A stretch of DNA of 64,000 bases from Camelus ferus (Eukaryota): positions 108,316,001 to 108,380,000 of the forward strand of contig NC_045697.1 in the NCBI RefSeq assembly GCF_009834535.1, given 5' to 3'. The translations under genes and the position numbers were made by a program. Below, in pieces: positions 50,236 through 63,351 of this stretch (position 1 is the stretch's first letter; each line of letters begins with the position of its first letter). Under the pieces are notes generated by a model. That model did no database searches. It worked only from the letters and a program-made list of their open reading frames with translations, and was not told the origin of the DNA.

Positions 50236-52239
50236 CAACATTTAAAGTTGGGGCCCCGACCCATCTCTCACACGTGTCCAAATGCCCCGCGCCTTCCACC
50301 ACGACACGTCGCAGAGCAGAGCTGACCCGTCGCAGAGGGAGTTACAGTGGTTCTTCTCCATGAAGCTGCTGCTCGCCCGTTGGTGCTGTTGATGGCGGTG
50401 CTTGTCCTGCCGGAGAAAATGGCTGCAGACAGACGGGTGGTCCCGGGGGGCACACAGGGTGAGACCCAAGGCAGCTCTGCAGAGGCCAGAGCCCGCCCAC
50501 AGGGAATCGGTCCTCTTAGTTGCTCCCACCGCATCCCACCACCTTTCTCCTTATGAATGAGGTGGGACTAGGAATCCAGAGGTGGGGACAAAGAGGCCAG
50601 GGTGAGAAAAGCTGGGATGAACTTCCGTCCCCTGCATCCCCTGCCATCTTCACCACCTGCCTCGCCCATCTGAAGTTAGCGATCACGTGTCTCTCACAAC
50701 GCTCACCCACCCTGCAAGGGGGAAAATCGCAGAGGTATGTATTCTGGAGCTGGGTCTGCGATCCGGTAAGGGTCTACCGTGCCCTCAGCCCACTTCTGAA
50801 GAACGCTTTTCTGAAGCACAGCGTTCTTGTGTCTCCAGCTTTGTACTCTTATTTAGCAGACCAGTTATGCTACCTGGGCCACGACTGATGATACCTGGGA
50901 TTGGTGCCCCAACCAATGCAGACTGGTCATGAGGAGGCTTGACAATCTTAGCCCAATCTGGGTGTTCTGTGACAGGCAGAACCCATCAGACGTCTCTCTT
51001 GGAGAATCTGAATGATGGGTGTGGGCTCAGCCTACACCCCAAATAACTCAGGTTCTTTTCTCTCTAGTCCTGACCAAGCTGAAACCCTGAACAACTGTGG
51101 CTAATGAGGAAAAGGTGTCCTACCCTCTTCCTTTCCCTTGTGTCCTGGAAGTCAGCCCCCATCACCCAAGGAGGTCCGGGCTAGTCTCTTCTTGGCAATG
51201 TTCAATAACCCACCTGATGGAGAATGGCTCTCAGAATTAAGTCTCAGGGACCCACATAGAAATGTGAAACACAGAAGTAATATCACCCGCTCACCAGAGG
51301 GACACTGGCCCAGGACACCGATGGTTGCATTATTCTTTCCCACGATTTTTTATTTTCTGCTTCCTGTATTATTGGACCAAGAAGAAAAGGTACTGAATAT
51401 TCTCCCCAAAAGACTCCCTTGGAAAGTAGCTGAAAACTGTCAGAACAGACAAAGCAGAGATTTTTGCTTTCTTTAAGGTCTGTTGCCTAATTTCCCTTAG
51501 GGCCCCTGCTGTGGCCAGTGGGGAGCTGCCTGGAAGCCAGGCGTGGGTTAATTTGCATGATTGTGTTAACTAACCATCAGCCGCTCCGCCCCAGCCCCAG
51601 TATAACCTAAATTAATTCAACAGGAGCAGGTGGTTTAATTTGTACATTGTTCATATTTGCTAATCAACAAGCAGTTTGGGTTTTAGCTAGAATTTTCTCT
51701 GGGGGACAGAGCCAAATATCTGCTGAGGGCTGGGCCTGGGGAAATGCGTACTGTGTGCTCCTCCTATCCCGATACCACCTCTGACCTACCCTTCAAGGTC
51801 TTCACACTGAGAAAATCTGATCGAAACTTACCTCCAGCAGCTTCACAGCCCTCTTCCTCAGGCTCAGGCCTGACTGCAAGGTCAACAGCCCTGCCTAACC
51901 TTTGTTACAGCTCAAGGCCACCTTTACTAGCAGGGGGCCCTGGCTGCCCCTGCCCTGTAAGACTGGGCTTCCATGTGCTGAGATCAGAGCGCTGGAGCCC
52001 CAGTTCTCAGACGGGGTTTCTGCCTGTGTCTAATTCTTCTTGGTTCTTTCTGGCTACCTGCCTGGCTGGTCACTTTTCTTCCCCAAACACCACCTGTCCA
52101 CTCTGGCCCTGCTAGCCCCTCCTTCTGACACTGACATCTCATGGGGAACTTAGTCCTGGACTGGTCGTCCCTAATGGGACCCCTACAAGGGGATCCTTGG
52201 AGTCCGCACAACTGCATTTCACCCACCTATTGAGTGTGA

Positions 52240-52455
52240 CAGCAATAACAATACTACGACTACTAACAGCCAGTGTTCATCGCGCTAGTTCTATGTGTCA
52301 GGAATTTTGCAGAAGTTAACATTGAAATAATTGGGGAGTTAAGGAAACAGGCTCAGAAAAGTTAAGTGTCTTGCCCCAAGTCACACAGCAAGTAGCAAAG
52401 AGCTGGAATTGAGCCACATCTGTCTGGATCCAGGGCCCGCGTTCCTGTTACTCTG
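52240..52455 (-). mobile_element. MIR SINE
   Basis: aaggaaacaggctcagaaaagttaagtgtcttgccccaagtcacacagcaagtagc...gagctggaattgagcc. Confidence 0.85.
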
Positions 52456-52839
52456 CCTCCCATTTCTGTTTGATGGTTGTCCAGTGCCCCCTCCTGACCT
52501 CATTTCAGGCCGGGAAGAACTGGCCAGGTTGGCTGGGTTTGTCTGGGGATCAGGGACCAGGTTTGGGCAGCAGGAGATTCCCGGATGTAACTGCCACCTG
52601 TGCGGAAGCCCAGGGTGAGTACTAAACCCAGAGAGAGAGTCCTGCGCGCCAAAGCCAGAGAAGCATGCCGAACGGCCTGAATAGTTGAGAGACATTCCAC
52701 ACCCTTAGGTGAAAAGAGAATAACAGTCCAGTGAGGTCTGTAGCTATCCTCTTAGAGACGGCAGCCAAGGCGTGTCCCCTAAGTGGCCCACAAAGGCCAT
52801 CGAGTTGGAGGATCTGGTTGTCTAGTGCCAACTAGCAAG

Positions 52840-53000
52840 ACAGTAGCATTCGGCTTCCAGACTGTTGTCACATCACTTCAAATGAACTATCATCAAAGGT
52901 AATGATTGAAGTACTTAAGGGGATAATTTCTGGGATATCATTTAGCTTTCAGAAAAGCTTGTATGACCTGTTTTACATCAACTGCTAATAAATGTAGAGA
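52840..53000 (+). mobile_element. Possible CR1/L3 RT relic
   Basis: Frameshifted translation KVMIEVLKG...DII*L...FQK...HQLLINVE resembles the CR1 KVT.EVDKG..VDVIYLDFQKAFD.V.H..LL block. Confidence 0.35.
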
Positions 53001-53279
53001 GCTCATGTGATGTCATGAAACTCACCCCCCCCCCCCCCGCAAACCACTTGTTTCTACCAAAAGGAATCCAAGAGTTGTGCCCAACCAGGTTGGTTTGGGT
53101 CACTTCTCAGTACATCTCCTTTGCAGCATCTGAGGTTGGTCCCTGAGTTATAACGTGTTTACTGGGGCATATTCATAAGAGAAAAGAGACCAGCTCCATC
53201 CATGCAGCTCCATGAGCTGCCATTCTTCCCCAATATCTCTTCTCTAAAAGGACATGGAGTTTCCATGGAGGAAAGGAGC

Positions 53280-53652
53280 TGTTAAGGACTGAATGTCTGC
53301 ATCCTCTGAAAATTCATATGTTAAACCCTAACCCACAAGGTAATGATAATTGGAGATGGGGCTTTTGGAGATAATTAGATCATGAGGGTGGGGCCCTGGT
53401 CTGATGGGATTAGTGCCCTTCTAAGAAGAGCCACAGAGAGCTCCCTCTTCCTCTCTCTGTCTTTGCCGTGTCAGGACACAGAGAGAGGTGGCTGTCTGCA
53501 AGATAGGAAGAGAGTCCTCACTAAAAACCAAATTGGCCAACACCTTGATCTTGGACTTCCCAGCATTCAGAACCATGGGAAGATAAATTTCTGTTGTTTT
53601 AGGTCCCCTTGTGTATGTTATTTTGTTGTGGCAGCCCAGGCAGACAGAGACC
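53280..53652 (+). mobile_element. MaLR solo LTR (MLT1A-like)
   Basis: tgttaaggactgaatgt...aaattcatatgtt...gatgggattagtgcccttctaagaagag...caccttgatcttggacttcccagc. Confidence 0.92.
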
Positions 53653-56600
53653 TGCAGACAGAAACCGTAGAAGGAGAGAAAACCCCATAGCACATTAGTC
53701 AAAGTGTCTACCTACTCATAAGAAGGCAAAGCTCTGCTGGTCTGCCCTTTTCCCGGCAGACTTCTTTAGGCAACTCCTGCCATATTTACAGAGAGAAGCA
53801 GCAGTTGCCTTCACTGGGTGACGTGAAGGACTCTGAGAGTTCCACCTGCCATGGATGTCTCTGTGCCGCAGTGCTGGGACCACCTGCCCCTCACCTGGCT
53901 GGGACATCTCCCCACCACATGTGCTAATGGGCTTGGAGAAAAGAAGCCCATGGGATGCTAACTTCTCAGCTGTTACAGGGATCCTCACCATGCTTCTCTC
54001 TGTGCCTACAAGGACTTCTCTTTGGAGTCATTCAAGTGAGGTAGGAGCTCATTGGTTGACACCTTCAAGATCACCAAGGTCTTCAGATCTGGGGTTCAGG
54101 AGCTCAATTTTGTGAGTTCTTTGAAGTTCTGGATGATTGGTTCAAGCTAATCAGACTCATGAGACTGGCTGACAGCTGCTGAGTACATTTTTTTTTTTCC
54201 TAAATCAGAAAGTACTTTTGAAAAACAAAATGACTAACTGGAGGCAAGGTCACAGAGCAGGGCCTGGGAAGATGTTTAACGGTTGATTTCATCCAGCCCT
54301 AATGAGCCTCTGCCCTAATAAGTGGCACCCCACAGTGGACCAGAAGACCCCTGGCGCCAATCAAGGTACCCACCCCTCTGGCCAGGGCCAGAGACAACCA
54401 GTAACTCTTCAACTCATTCTTTATTTTTATTTTTTTTAACATCCCAAGCAGACTACTCATTTCTATCAGTAATGTGGTACTATTTCGATGATTAATATTT
54501 ATTTCAGATCAGTGGCATTCAGTGTATCTTCATGGTGCATCCAGGGTGGCCCTCTAAGCTAATTTGCAGCATGCCTCAAGTCATCACTCCAGCAGATGAC
54601 ACATCACATCCACGGGATGGTAGGTCCTTGGGGCTTCAATTTCAGATGGTGGCATTTCCCGACCCTGTCCCCATTCCATCCACTTTGGGTCACAGTATGA
54701 AAACAATGCAAAGTTTAAAGAATACTAGATTGACGGGAAGGAAAACAACACTTGGAGAGATTCTGGTTGGGCTTGAGGTAGGTCAACCTGACTTCCTCTT
54801 GTCCCAGTTTGGAACTGGGCACCAGGGTCTCTCATCGGTCAGAGCTGGGTCTTATATTCGATGGGTCCTGCAAAGGTACGGTTGGGGTGGCTCTTTCCTC
54901 ACCTGGCAGAGAGAACAGAATGAAGCAGATACACAGAGATGAAGAAGCAACAAACTCTGCACATTCCTTTCAGACAGGCAACCACCCCCACTGGCATAGT
55001 GGCATAGACAGCCCCCGGGTGGCAGCACAAGACAGTGACTCTCTTGCAGATGATCCTATTCTGGCTCCAGGGCCATGTGAGGCCCAGTTGAGCTGCCTGC
55101 TCTGGGGGACTATGAAATTACACATCTCCCTCCACTCCATGTCCCTCTTTTCTCCAATTAGTTTTGGTGGATTTCCTTTTCCTGCAATCAAAGTGCTCCA
55201 TGAGGACACTGTGCACCTCTCCTGTGACCAGGAGAAGAAAACATCAAATTGGTGAGTTGACACATTAAATAAGCATTAAAAATCCAGGTAGGGTGACTTA
55301 CAAGAATGTAAAATCATCTAAGGACTAGCTAGGACTCGGGAGCCCATGAGAATAGACCGGCACTGAGGGAGTCCCTGGGGATTGTCTGTGTGAGGTTCAC
55401 AAACAGCACTCAGGTTCAACTTTATGTACCTTGTAACATGCTTGGATACCAGTCAGGTCTCCAGGAAAGGACTATCATTAAGAAGACAGAAAGCACTGAC
55501 TATTTTACCCTCAAAGATTGGCAATTCCAGAAAAGGTAGACATTTTGGAGCCTGAATCATCTAGACTGGTCCTCAGTGCATCACTGTACCTGGGTAGATT
55601 GCTTAAAGAGATGCTCTAACTTCCCTCCTTCTGCCCCTCCCATATTGAATGAGAGCCAAACCGATTTCTTTCTCACTCCAGTCATCCCTTCCTGTAAAGC
55701 TTGTCTATTCTCTGAAAGTGTAAGTGGATTGAAGGATTTTTTTTTTTTTTTGCCCCACCGTTGCTCTGAGAAAAGCTCAGTATTTGTTATTCTCAGTCTT
55801 CCTGCTTGCTCATGGTGATGTTAATGCTGCATTTTAAAACTGCCATGGTATTTTAATAATACAACATTCTTTCTGGTATTGTTGAAACATTACATTATTC
55901 AATGTATCCAATTGCAATACATTTTTCTCTGCCCTTGTGGTGCATTATTACTGTGTACTCTTCACAGAAGTGTAATTTGGGGAGCAATTTTCTGGCAAAC
56001 CATTGAAGGTGTTGCATTACAAATGTGAGGTGATATGCATTTGGCTCATGGGACCACATTACAAGGTGGAGAGGGAGTCTTTTTTCAGGGTAAACACTGT
56101 TTTAGAGCAGTGATCCCAGCGGGACCCTGCCTCCCACTTTGTCACCTCAGTCATCCCCGCCCCCCTTCAGGAGTCTGTCTTATACAAATTCAGCTTCTGC
56201 TGCCCAAGATGCCCGGCCACATCCAGGGCTCTGACTGACTGATGCAATCACTTACTTCCTGAAGCTATTTTGTCTCTAGAGTTGGATTTCTCCTTGGCAA
56301 GGTCAAATTTGTCATTTCCTGTAACTGGAAATCCAACTGGCTTTCTCAAATACAGAATTCACACCCTAGATCAACAGATCGCCTCTGACCCACAGCTGTG
56401 GATTTCAATATATACACATATTTTTTTAATAATTGAAATCTTAAAACCATTTATAAATGGTTGTCCAAATTTAAAACTCAGGAGTTTTCACATGAAAATC
56501 CGGACTTCTAGATTATTTTAGTGATCACCGTGGCAACATATCAAGGTTTTCTCGGGAAGTCATAGGCCCTAGTTCACCACAGGCCCCACTAGTTCCCACT

Positions 56601-56680
56601 GTAAATTCCTGGAGTTTCACAGGTTATCATGCCTGACTACCTTTGTGTATGTTTGAGAATGCAACCCCAGCTTTCAGAGC

Positions 56681-57317
56681 TGTGATAGGCAGAATTCTAA
56701 GACCCACATCAAATTCCTGCTACCTGGTGTATACCCCCCTCCCCTTGTGTAGTCCTCTCCTCCTGGGTGTTGACAGGACCTGTGAATACAGTGGCATATC
56801 CCTCTCTGGTTGGTGGCAAAGGGATTTTGCAGATGTAATTAAGGTTCCTAATCAGTTGACTTTGAGGTAACTAAAAGGGAGTTACTCTGGGTAAGCCTAT
56901 CATAATCAGGTGAGCCCTTCAAAGAGATGAGAAGCATGAGAAGATGTTCTCCTGCTGGCCTTGAAGAAGTAAACTTCTGTGCTGTGGAAGGGCCACATGG
57001 CTTGTACCTGAGGTCAGCCTTTAAGGGAGTCACCCCCAGCTGAGAGCCAGCAAGAAACTGGGACTACAGTCCTACAACCACAAAGGACTAAATACTGACA
57101 ACAGCCTGAAAGAGTTTCAAAGAGGACCCTGAACCTCAGATGAGATCACAGCCCCAGCTGACACCTTGACTTTAGCTGGTGACATCACTGGCAGAGGAGC
57201 CATCTGAACTGTCCTAGATTCTCAGCCCACAAAAACTGCCAGATTTGTGTAATTTGAGTGGCTATAAATCACGAACTTTGTGGTGATTGGTTATGCAGCA
57301 GTGAAAAACTAATACAG
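56681..57317 (+). mobile_element. MaLR solo LTR (MLT1E-like)
   Basis: tgtgataggcagaattctaaga...gggattttgcagatgtaattaaggttcctaatcagttgactttgag...cagccccagctgacaccttga...aaactaataca. Confidence 0.9.
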
Positions 57318-57504
57318 TATCTTATCTGTTAGATCATTTGCTTTAATACCCATGCTCATATCCCTAACCAAACCAAGATTATGTGAATTGCTTTCACCAA
57401 AGACTGGTAAACACATTATAGAGACTGCTCTGTTACCTCCAAAGGAAAGTGGAGGAGTGGCAAACTCAGATGTCTGAGAAAATATCTAGAGGACAAGCAC
57501 AATT

Positions 57505-57640
57505 TAAGAGAGAATCATGGAATTTGAATGCTGTGAAATGTTCTCAGCTATCAGCTGATCTAGTTTCCACACCCATTTTCAGATGAGGAAACTGAGGCCC
57601 AGAGAAGTCAAAAGATGTATCCAAGTTCCCACACCTTGAT
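57505..57640 (-). mobile_element. MIR fragment
   Basis: cccattttcagatgaggaaactgaggcccagagaagt. Confidence 0.8.
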
Positions 57641-59159
57641 AAATCACACTCACATTTCCTATAGTTGGCATAAGCCTTATGAATTCCTGACTAATCAGAA
57701 AAACACCTGCATCTGATGGGGGGGGTACATGCAGGGAGGTTTGAGGTGGTTGGTTAAAGGTCACCCTTTGCTGGAGGAATATGTATGCAAATGCTTGACA
57801 CTGCATTAAATTGAAATGGTTATTAGTTGAACAAATATCTATTTCCCAAGCATCTTCAGGAGTAGCTGAGAAAGTAACAAAGTAGGATGTGCAGTCAGTG
57901 CCTTTCTGGCCTTTCTAATCTCCATGAGAAAGCTGACTGCTCTCCGTTTATACAACAAAGGGGCTGAACAGCAATGTGGTGCAAGCAACACACACGTGAC
58001 GTATATTGTCTTCTGATCATTTTGCTAAAGCCCAGGACCCCTCAGTTATTCCCCATTCCTGAACTCCCCCAGCCCACTGCAGAGCCTAACAATCAAACAC
58101 ATGTTCTTGATTTGTCCTGCTGTCACTGTATTTTAAAAAGCAGCATACAGCCCAGTAATGGTCATAAAATGGATTGTGCCAGGGGTTTAAGAAGCATGGA
58201 TTCAGGAAAGGGCAGGATGTGGGTTGTGCTAAAGAGGAGGTGGCGATAAGCCCGTGGTGGACACTCTGCAGATTTCCAATGGTCAGTGGAGAAAGCTGAG
58301 GTGCAGACATCATGCTGGGCGCTCTGATGGCGAGAGAGATTTCAACCATGCTCGGCCACCAGCTCCTGCTCTGTTTTACCTTCAAAATACTCAACCTTCT
58401 GTGTCAGAAAAAACTGTTGCGTTTAGCTCCCTGGTTTCAGGCAGGGCCGCACCCTAGACAACAGTGACAGCTGCCTCCTCTATTATTAAACATCTCTAAG
58501 GATAGAGACGCTAAGTATCCCTTGGCCATCTCTTCTGTCCGCCCCGCCCCAGCACACCAGCTGTCCTCCTGGTTTCCCCATTTCCATCACGGCTCCACTG
58601 TTTCCTGACCCATCATCTCCAACCAACTGTAACCAATAACCAATTGTAATTCTCCTTAGCTCTGTCCCTGCATCCAAACAGGGACACAATTGGGTTGGTT
58701 CTGTCCCTGAATGACTCCAGTGACTGCCCTTCTGTGTCAAGGTTGGCATGGATCATGGGTTACCATGACCACTCTTGAGGGGTAGATCTCCCAGGTCTTT
58801 CCAGCATCATTCTCCCATATCTCCTGTCTGCACTGAGATAGACCCCCTCATCCTCTGGAATTTCAGCTGGTCACATGGCTTTTCAGCTCAGATCTATATT
58901 TCTCGATCTTTTATTTCATCTTGTGATCTACTCTAGGCACATGGCATATGAGTAGAAGCAATGCGTCCAAATCCAAGTTAACCTCCACTTGAAGACAAGC
59001 CAATTTCCTTGCATTTCCTTCACCATCGTCCCCTTTCCTAGACAGCAGAGATGGAGTTACGGATTCAGGATAGTGGAGCCAACTGACCACAAAACAGAAC
59101 TGCAACTGAATTGTCCACCTTTGGACTATTAGGTGAGAGAGAAATGAATGTCTATTTGT

Positions 59160-59685
59160 TTGTTTGTTTTCTTTTCTTTTCTTATTTATTTATTGAAGTA
59201 TAGTCAGTTACAATGTGTCAATTTCTGGTGTACAGCATATTTCAGTCATACAATACATACACGTAGTTGTTTTCATATTTTATTTCATTATAGGTTACTA
59301 CAAGATACTGAATATAGTTCCCTGTGCTATGCAGAATGGTCAGAAACCTTGTTGTTTATCTAATTTACATATAGTAGTTAGTATTTGTACATCTTGAACT
59401 CCCAATTTATCCCTTCCCACTTCCTTTCCACCTGGAATCATAAGTCAGTTTACTATGTCTGTGAGTCTGTTTCTGTTTTGTAGATAAGTCCATTACTGTT
59501 TCTTTTTTCTTCCCATTTTTTTTTTAAGATTCCACATATGAGTGATATCATATGGTATTTTTCTTTCTCTTTCTGGCTTACTTCACTTAGAATGATATTT
59601 TCCAGGTCCATCCGTATTGCTGCAAATGGCATTATTTCACCCTTTTTATGGCTGAGTAGTATTCCATTGCATAAATATACCACAG
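59160..59685 (-). mobile_element. 5'-truncated young L1 3' end
   Basis: ttattgaagtatagtcagttacaatgtgtcaatttctggtgtacagcat...; minus ORF 59453-59683 (EIMPFAAIRMDLENIILSEVSQKEK) is the L1 ORF2 C-terminus. Confidence 0.93.
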
Positions 59686-59768
59686 TGAAGGGATCCGTTC
59701 ACTGAGTTTTGACAGTGTACACCCCCATGAAACCATCACACCAAACAAGATACAGAATATGACATCAG
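59686..59768 (-). mobile_element. Older L1 3' UTR fragment
   Basis: gagttttgacagtgtacaccccc...gaaaccatcac...aagatacagaat, the same motif as 18785-18925. Confidence 0.65.
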
Positions 59769-61703
59769 TGTCATTTATTAAGTCACTGTCTTTGGGGGTT
59801 TCTCTGTTACAACAGCTAACCTGTGGCCTATCTAATACACCTCATAAATGGTCTCTCTGCCTCCAGTCATCTGATATTTCTTCAAGTAGATCTTCCTTAA
59901 CAACCAAGTTAGGGATTTTGCATTTCTGCTCAAAAGCCCGGAGACTTCTTCATCACCACCCTCACTAAAATCAACTTACCTGACCTTCAATAGAATTGTC
60001 CCTCTTTGCTCTAAGCTGGAAACTGCTTTTCTTATGTAGGATGGGATGGTTTCCAACTTGATCTCATCTGCAGGCAGATTATGATAGAGTTCTGAGAGGT
60101 CTTTGGTCAGTTATTCAATGTGGTCCTGAAACTCCCTTGGGAAAGATACACTTTAATTCTTTCTTGGGAAAAGATGGAAGATGATCAAAGTAACCCATTG
60201 AAACTTTTAACTACTATTCTAGAGTCACACCAAAATGTGTATGCACTATCTCTGGGGACTAAATTATATTTTACTGTAATAAATGGTATGTATGATGCTT
60301 ACAAATTTGATGGGAGAAATCACAGTTGGAAAATTGCTTGCTGTTTAAAGTCATTACAAAAGAACAGGAAGTGACCTGCCTGGGAAACCCTTACTCGAAG
60401 TAATGGGTTGTGATCAAATACCACACCCACCAATTATTGCTGCCCCAAATATGATAAAAGGGGTCAGATACCTTGAAGCCAATGGCCCACTGCGACCGGA
60501 ACCTATATGCCAACCTCCCAAAAAGAAAGGGAAGGGTTAAAACTTGCTGAGACTTATGAAAAAAAATTAACTCAAAGTAGAGAGCTGAAACAAATAAGGT
60601 AATATCTAAATAATTTTATCATTTTGTTGTGCCTAGAGAATAAAGGAGCAGAAGTTCTGTTTTATGGAAGTCTCCTGGAGTCCTGAAATTTCTTAATAGT
60701 GCTTTATGACAAAAAGAACCAACATTTTGCCTGATGCAGAGGAGGGAGTCACCTCTGATTTCAGCAAGAGCCTAATCCAGTCAGGCTAAAGCCACCCAGA
60801 GGGGTGACTGTGTTCTGTCTCTCTGGTCCTGCTGGGCTGCTGGCTCTGGGCTTTATCCCACACCTGCCTCTATTGCCATAACACAAACCCCCACATCCAC
60901 TGTGACCAGAGTTGGTAGCAGCTACATTGTCCTTGGATCCATCCCAGCCTTGCTTCTATGCCAGGCTGGCACTCAGAGGTGGGCAGAATGTTCACTCCTG
61001 GTTTGGAAGGAAGAAGAGGGCTGCCCAGATGTCAATAGGGCCAGTCTGGGTTCTCCGTGGGCTACTTCCCTGGCAGAATGAGGGTATCTGGATAGATGGT
61101 CCCCAAAACTTATTTCAGCTTAATGTGGGAGAACTGCCTATCATTCTGAATGATGAGTGCGTGAATGAGTCCCTCGTCACTGGACATGTCCAAGGAGTTG
61201 CTTCGTGATCTTCTGCTGGGAGATTTACAGAAGGGATCCTCACATTGTGTGGGGAGATGGATGATAATTTCTAAAACCTCTTCTTGCTGGGAATGACCCC
61301 CCCCCCTTCGGTCCTGCAGTCCCTTGATTCTCACCAAGGTGCCCACCGCAAACTCAGTCTTGGTGCAGGCTTGGGACAAACTGTGACCTCAGCCCAGTGG
61401 GAATTCAGCAGCTGGAACCTACCACTCTGGGACTTGGAGTGAAGAAGCAGAGCCACTAAGCCAGGTGTGACATCACAGCTCCATTGTGACATCTGGAATG
61501 TCCCCTTGTTTCTAAAGTCAGTCCACACTTGTGAACCCTGGTCCTAGGCATAGAATTCTGGTCTCATTTCTATCTAATCTCTGGTGGGGCCAGGAGTGGA
61601 GCCTGTGCAGGGAAGTGGGTGGGGGCAGGTGCCTTCAACCTACCCCTCCACTACAGGCCAGGGACAGTCAAGCACTAACATTGGGTTCACATGCCCGCTT
61701 GTA

Positions 61704-61706
<3 letters not shown>

Positions 61707-61754
<48 letters not shown>
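61707..61754. repeat. Perfect (AC)24 microsatellite
   Basis: 48 bp of uninterrupted AC. Confidence 0.98.
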
Positions 61755-61757
<3 letters not shown>

Positions 61758-62204
61758 GTCCATCCACCAAGTCCAGGCCCTGGGTCATCACACTCTAGAG
61801 GAGGTTCCACGAAGCCACCAAGACCATCAAAAGTCCAATAGTTAAGCCCAGTGGCCAGAAGGCCAAAGCTGAGAGAGGGAGCCAAAGCAAGCTGCGTCCC
61901 AGCGGGCCCTGGCTGTCGAAGTGGTGTCATCTCAGGATACACGACCAGAAGCCAGCCAAGGGCTGCCTAGAAATAGTTCTGCATCTGACAGTGACCAGTG
62001 GCCTCTCCCAGCAAAGAGATGCTTGTCCCCAGCCACTAAAGGCCCAGCAGGGAGCAGACTTTCCCCTAATGGCTCCAAGACCCCTGTTATAATAACCTGC
62101 CTGCAATTCCAGGTGCCTAGGCAACAAAACTAAACACAGAATGACAGATTTGGACCAGGCTATTCCTGACAACAAAGGGATAAAGATGCAAAATTTTATA
62201 TTCA

Positions 62205-62378
62205 AGTGATGGACATGTGCACAGGCCAAAAAAAAAAAAAAACCAACTAGAGGCATAACTACATCAATGTGGTTATTTTGGGGGTGGGATTACGGGTAAT
62301 TTTTATTTTTTGTCTGCCTTTCTGCACATCTCAAATTCTCCACCATGAATATGTATTACTGTTAAAATCTGTAAAAGG
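62205..62378 (+). mobile_element. Old L1 (L1ME-like) 3' end
   Basis: gtggttattttgggggtgggattacgggtaatttttattt...caaattctccaccatgaatatgtattact. Confidence 0.7.
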
Positions 62379-62762
62379 TTAGCTTTAAAATTCATATGAA
62401 ATTACAAATTTATGGTAGTCATTCTGCAATCAAAGCTATTTTGCTTACATGTAGACTTCTGGTTTTTACTGTTCTTCCGTTGTGCATTTTCTAATCTCTA
62501 TTTTTACTGCCCTGCTTTTAATGCTGTAATAAGCCAGCTATATTCTCCAGTCAGGCACTCCGTGTGTGTGGGTTTAAGTCACAATTGTGCACAGAAAATG
62601 ATTCCTACAGCACAAAAAATGCAGGTACCATTGCCTGATCCCTCTCATACTCTGTTCCTCCACCCCTTCATGCTGTTCCCTCAGGCAGGACCAGATTCCC
62701 CACTTACCTCTGACAAACCCAATCCTACATTTTTTTCTGCTCTTTCAAAAATTCTGTTCCTG

Positions 62763-62927
62763 CAAAGTCCTACTGTGTAGCACAGGGAACTATATTCAAT
62801 ATCTTGTAGTAACCTACAATGAAAAAGTGTATGAAAAGGAATATATGTATGTATATGTATGACTGAAAAATTATGCTGTACACCAGAAATTGACACAACA
62901 TTGTAAACCAGCTATACTTCAATTAAA
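62763..62927 (+). mobile_element. Short young L1 3' end with TSD
   Basis: gtcctactgtgtagcacagggaactatattcaatatcttgtagtaacc...ctatacttcaattaaaa; 16-bp TSD aaaaatt(c/t)tgttcctg (62747-62762 and 62928-62943). Confidence 0.93.
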
Positions 62928-62964
62928 AAAAATTTTGTTCCTGTAAGAAACCTTACACAACTCT

Positions 62965-63090
62965 GTTCATCCATGCATTCACAAAATAAGTATTGAACAC
63001 GGTCCACACACCAGGGTCTGTGCTCAGGACTGGAGTCACAACCACAAACACTCCCGGACCCTGCCCTTCCTTTGAGAATAGAGTCTCCCC
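62965..63090 (-). mobile_element. L2 3' end fragment
   Basis: ttcatccatgcattcac...gtattgaacac...ctgtgctcaggactggag...ccctgccctt. Confidence 0.6.
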
Positions 63091-63351
63091 CACAGCAGGT
63101 TGGGGGCGGTTGTAAGTAAGCCCAAGTGTTGATTGTCAGCCCTTGGGATTGGCTGCCATAGCTTGCTCAGTGGGGAGCAGGGGTTTACAGTGCCAAGAGG
63201 GATACTAACCAGTGGTTGTCACAGCGGTAGTAATTGTTACATCACACAGTAGTCTGTGTTATAGATAATGCATGTACACATGTGTGCATGTATGGGCATG
63301 TATGTACACCTGCCATAAATCCCCGCAATTCCCTTAACAAGCAAGCATTAT

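Larger units (their letters stand above)
58776..59839 (+). mobile_element. MaLR solo LTR (MLT1H/I-like), split by L1 sequence
   Basis: gaatttcagctggtcacatggc...tggactatt...gagagagaaatgaa [L1] ttaagtcactg...ggtttctctgttacaacagc...ctaataca. Confidence 0.7.

Noticed and set aside
56250..56640. Possible hAT-Charlie fragments (also ~24900-25040 and ~44290-44500)
   Set aside because: Only short terminal-like motifs recognised; family and limits not supportable
60390..60540. Short open frame ending PPKKKGKG* (NLS-like)
   Set aside because: No convincing splice acceptor or recognisable homology
61531..61942. His/Thr- or Cys/Val-repeat proteins (also 9828-10282)
   Set aside because: Translations of CA microsatellites
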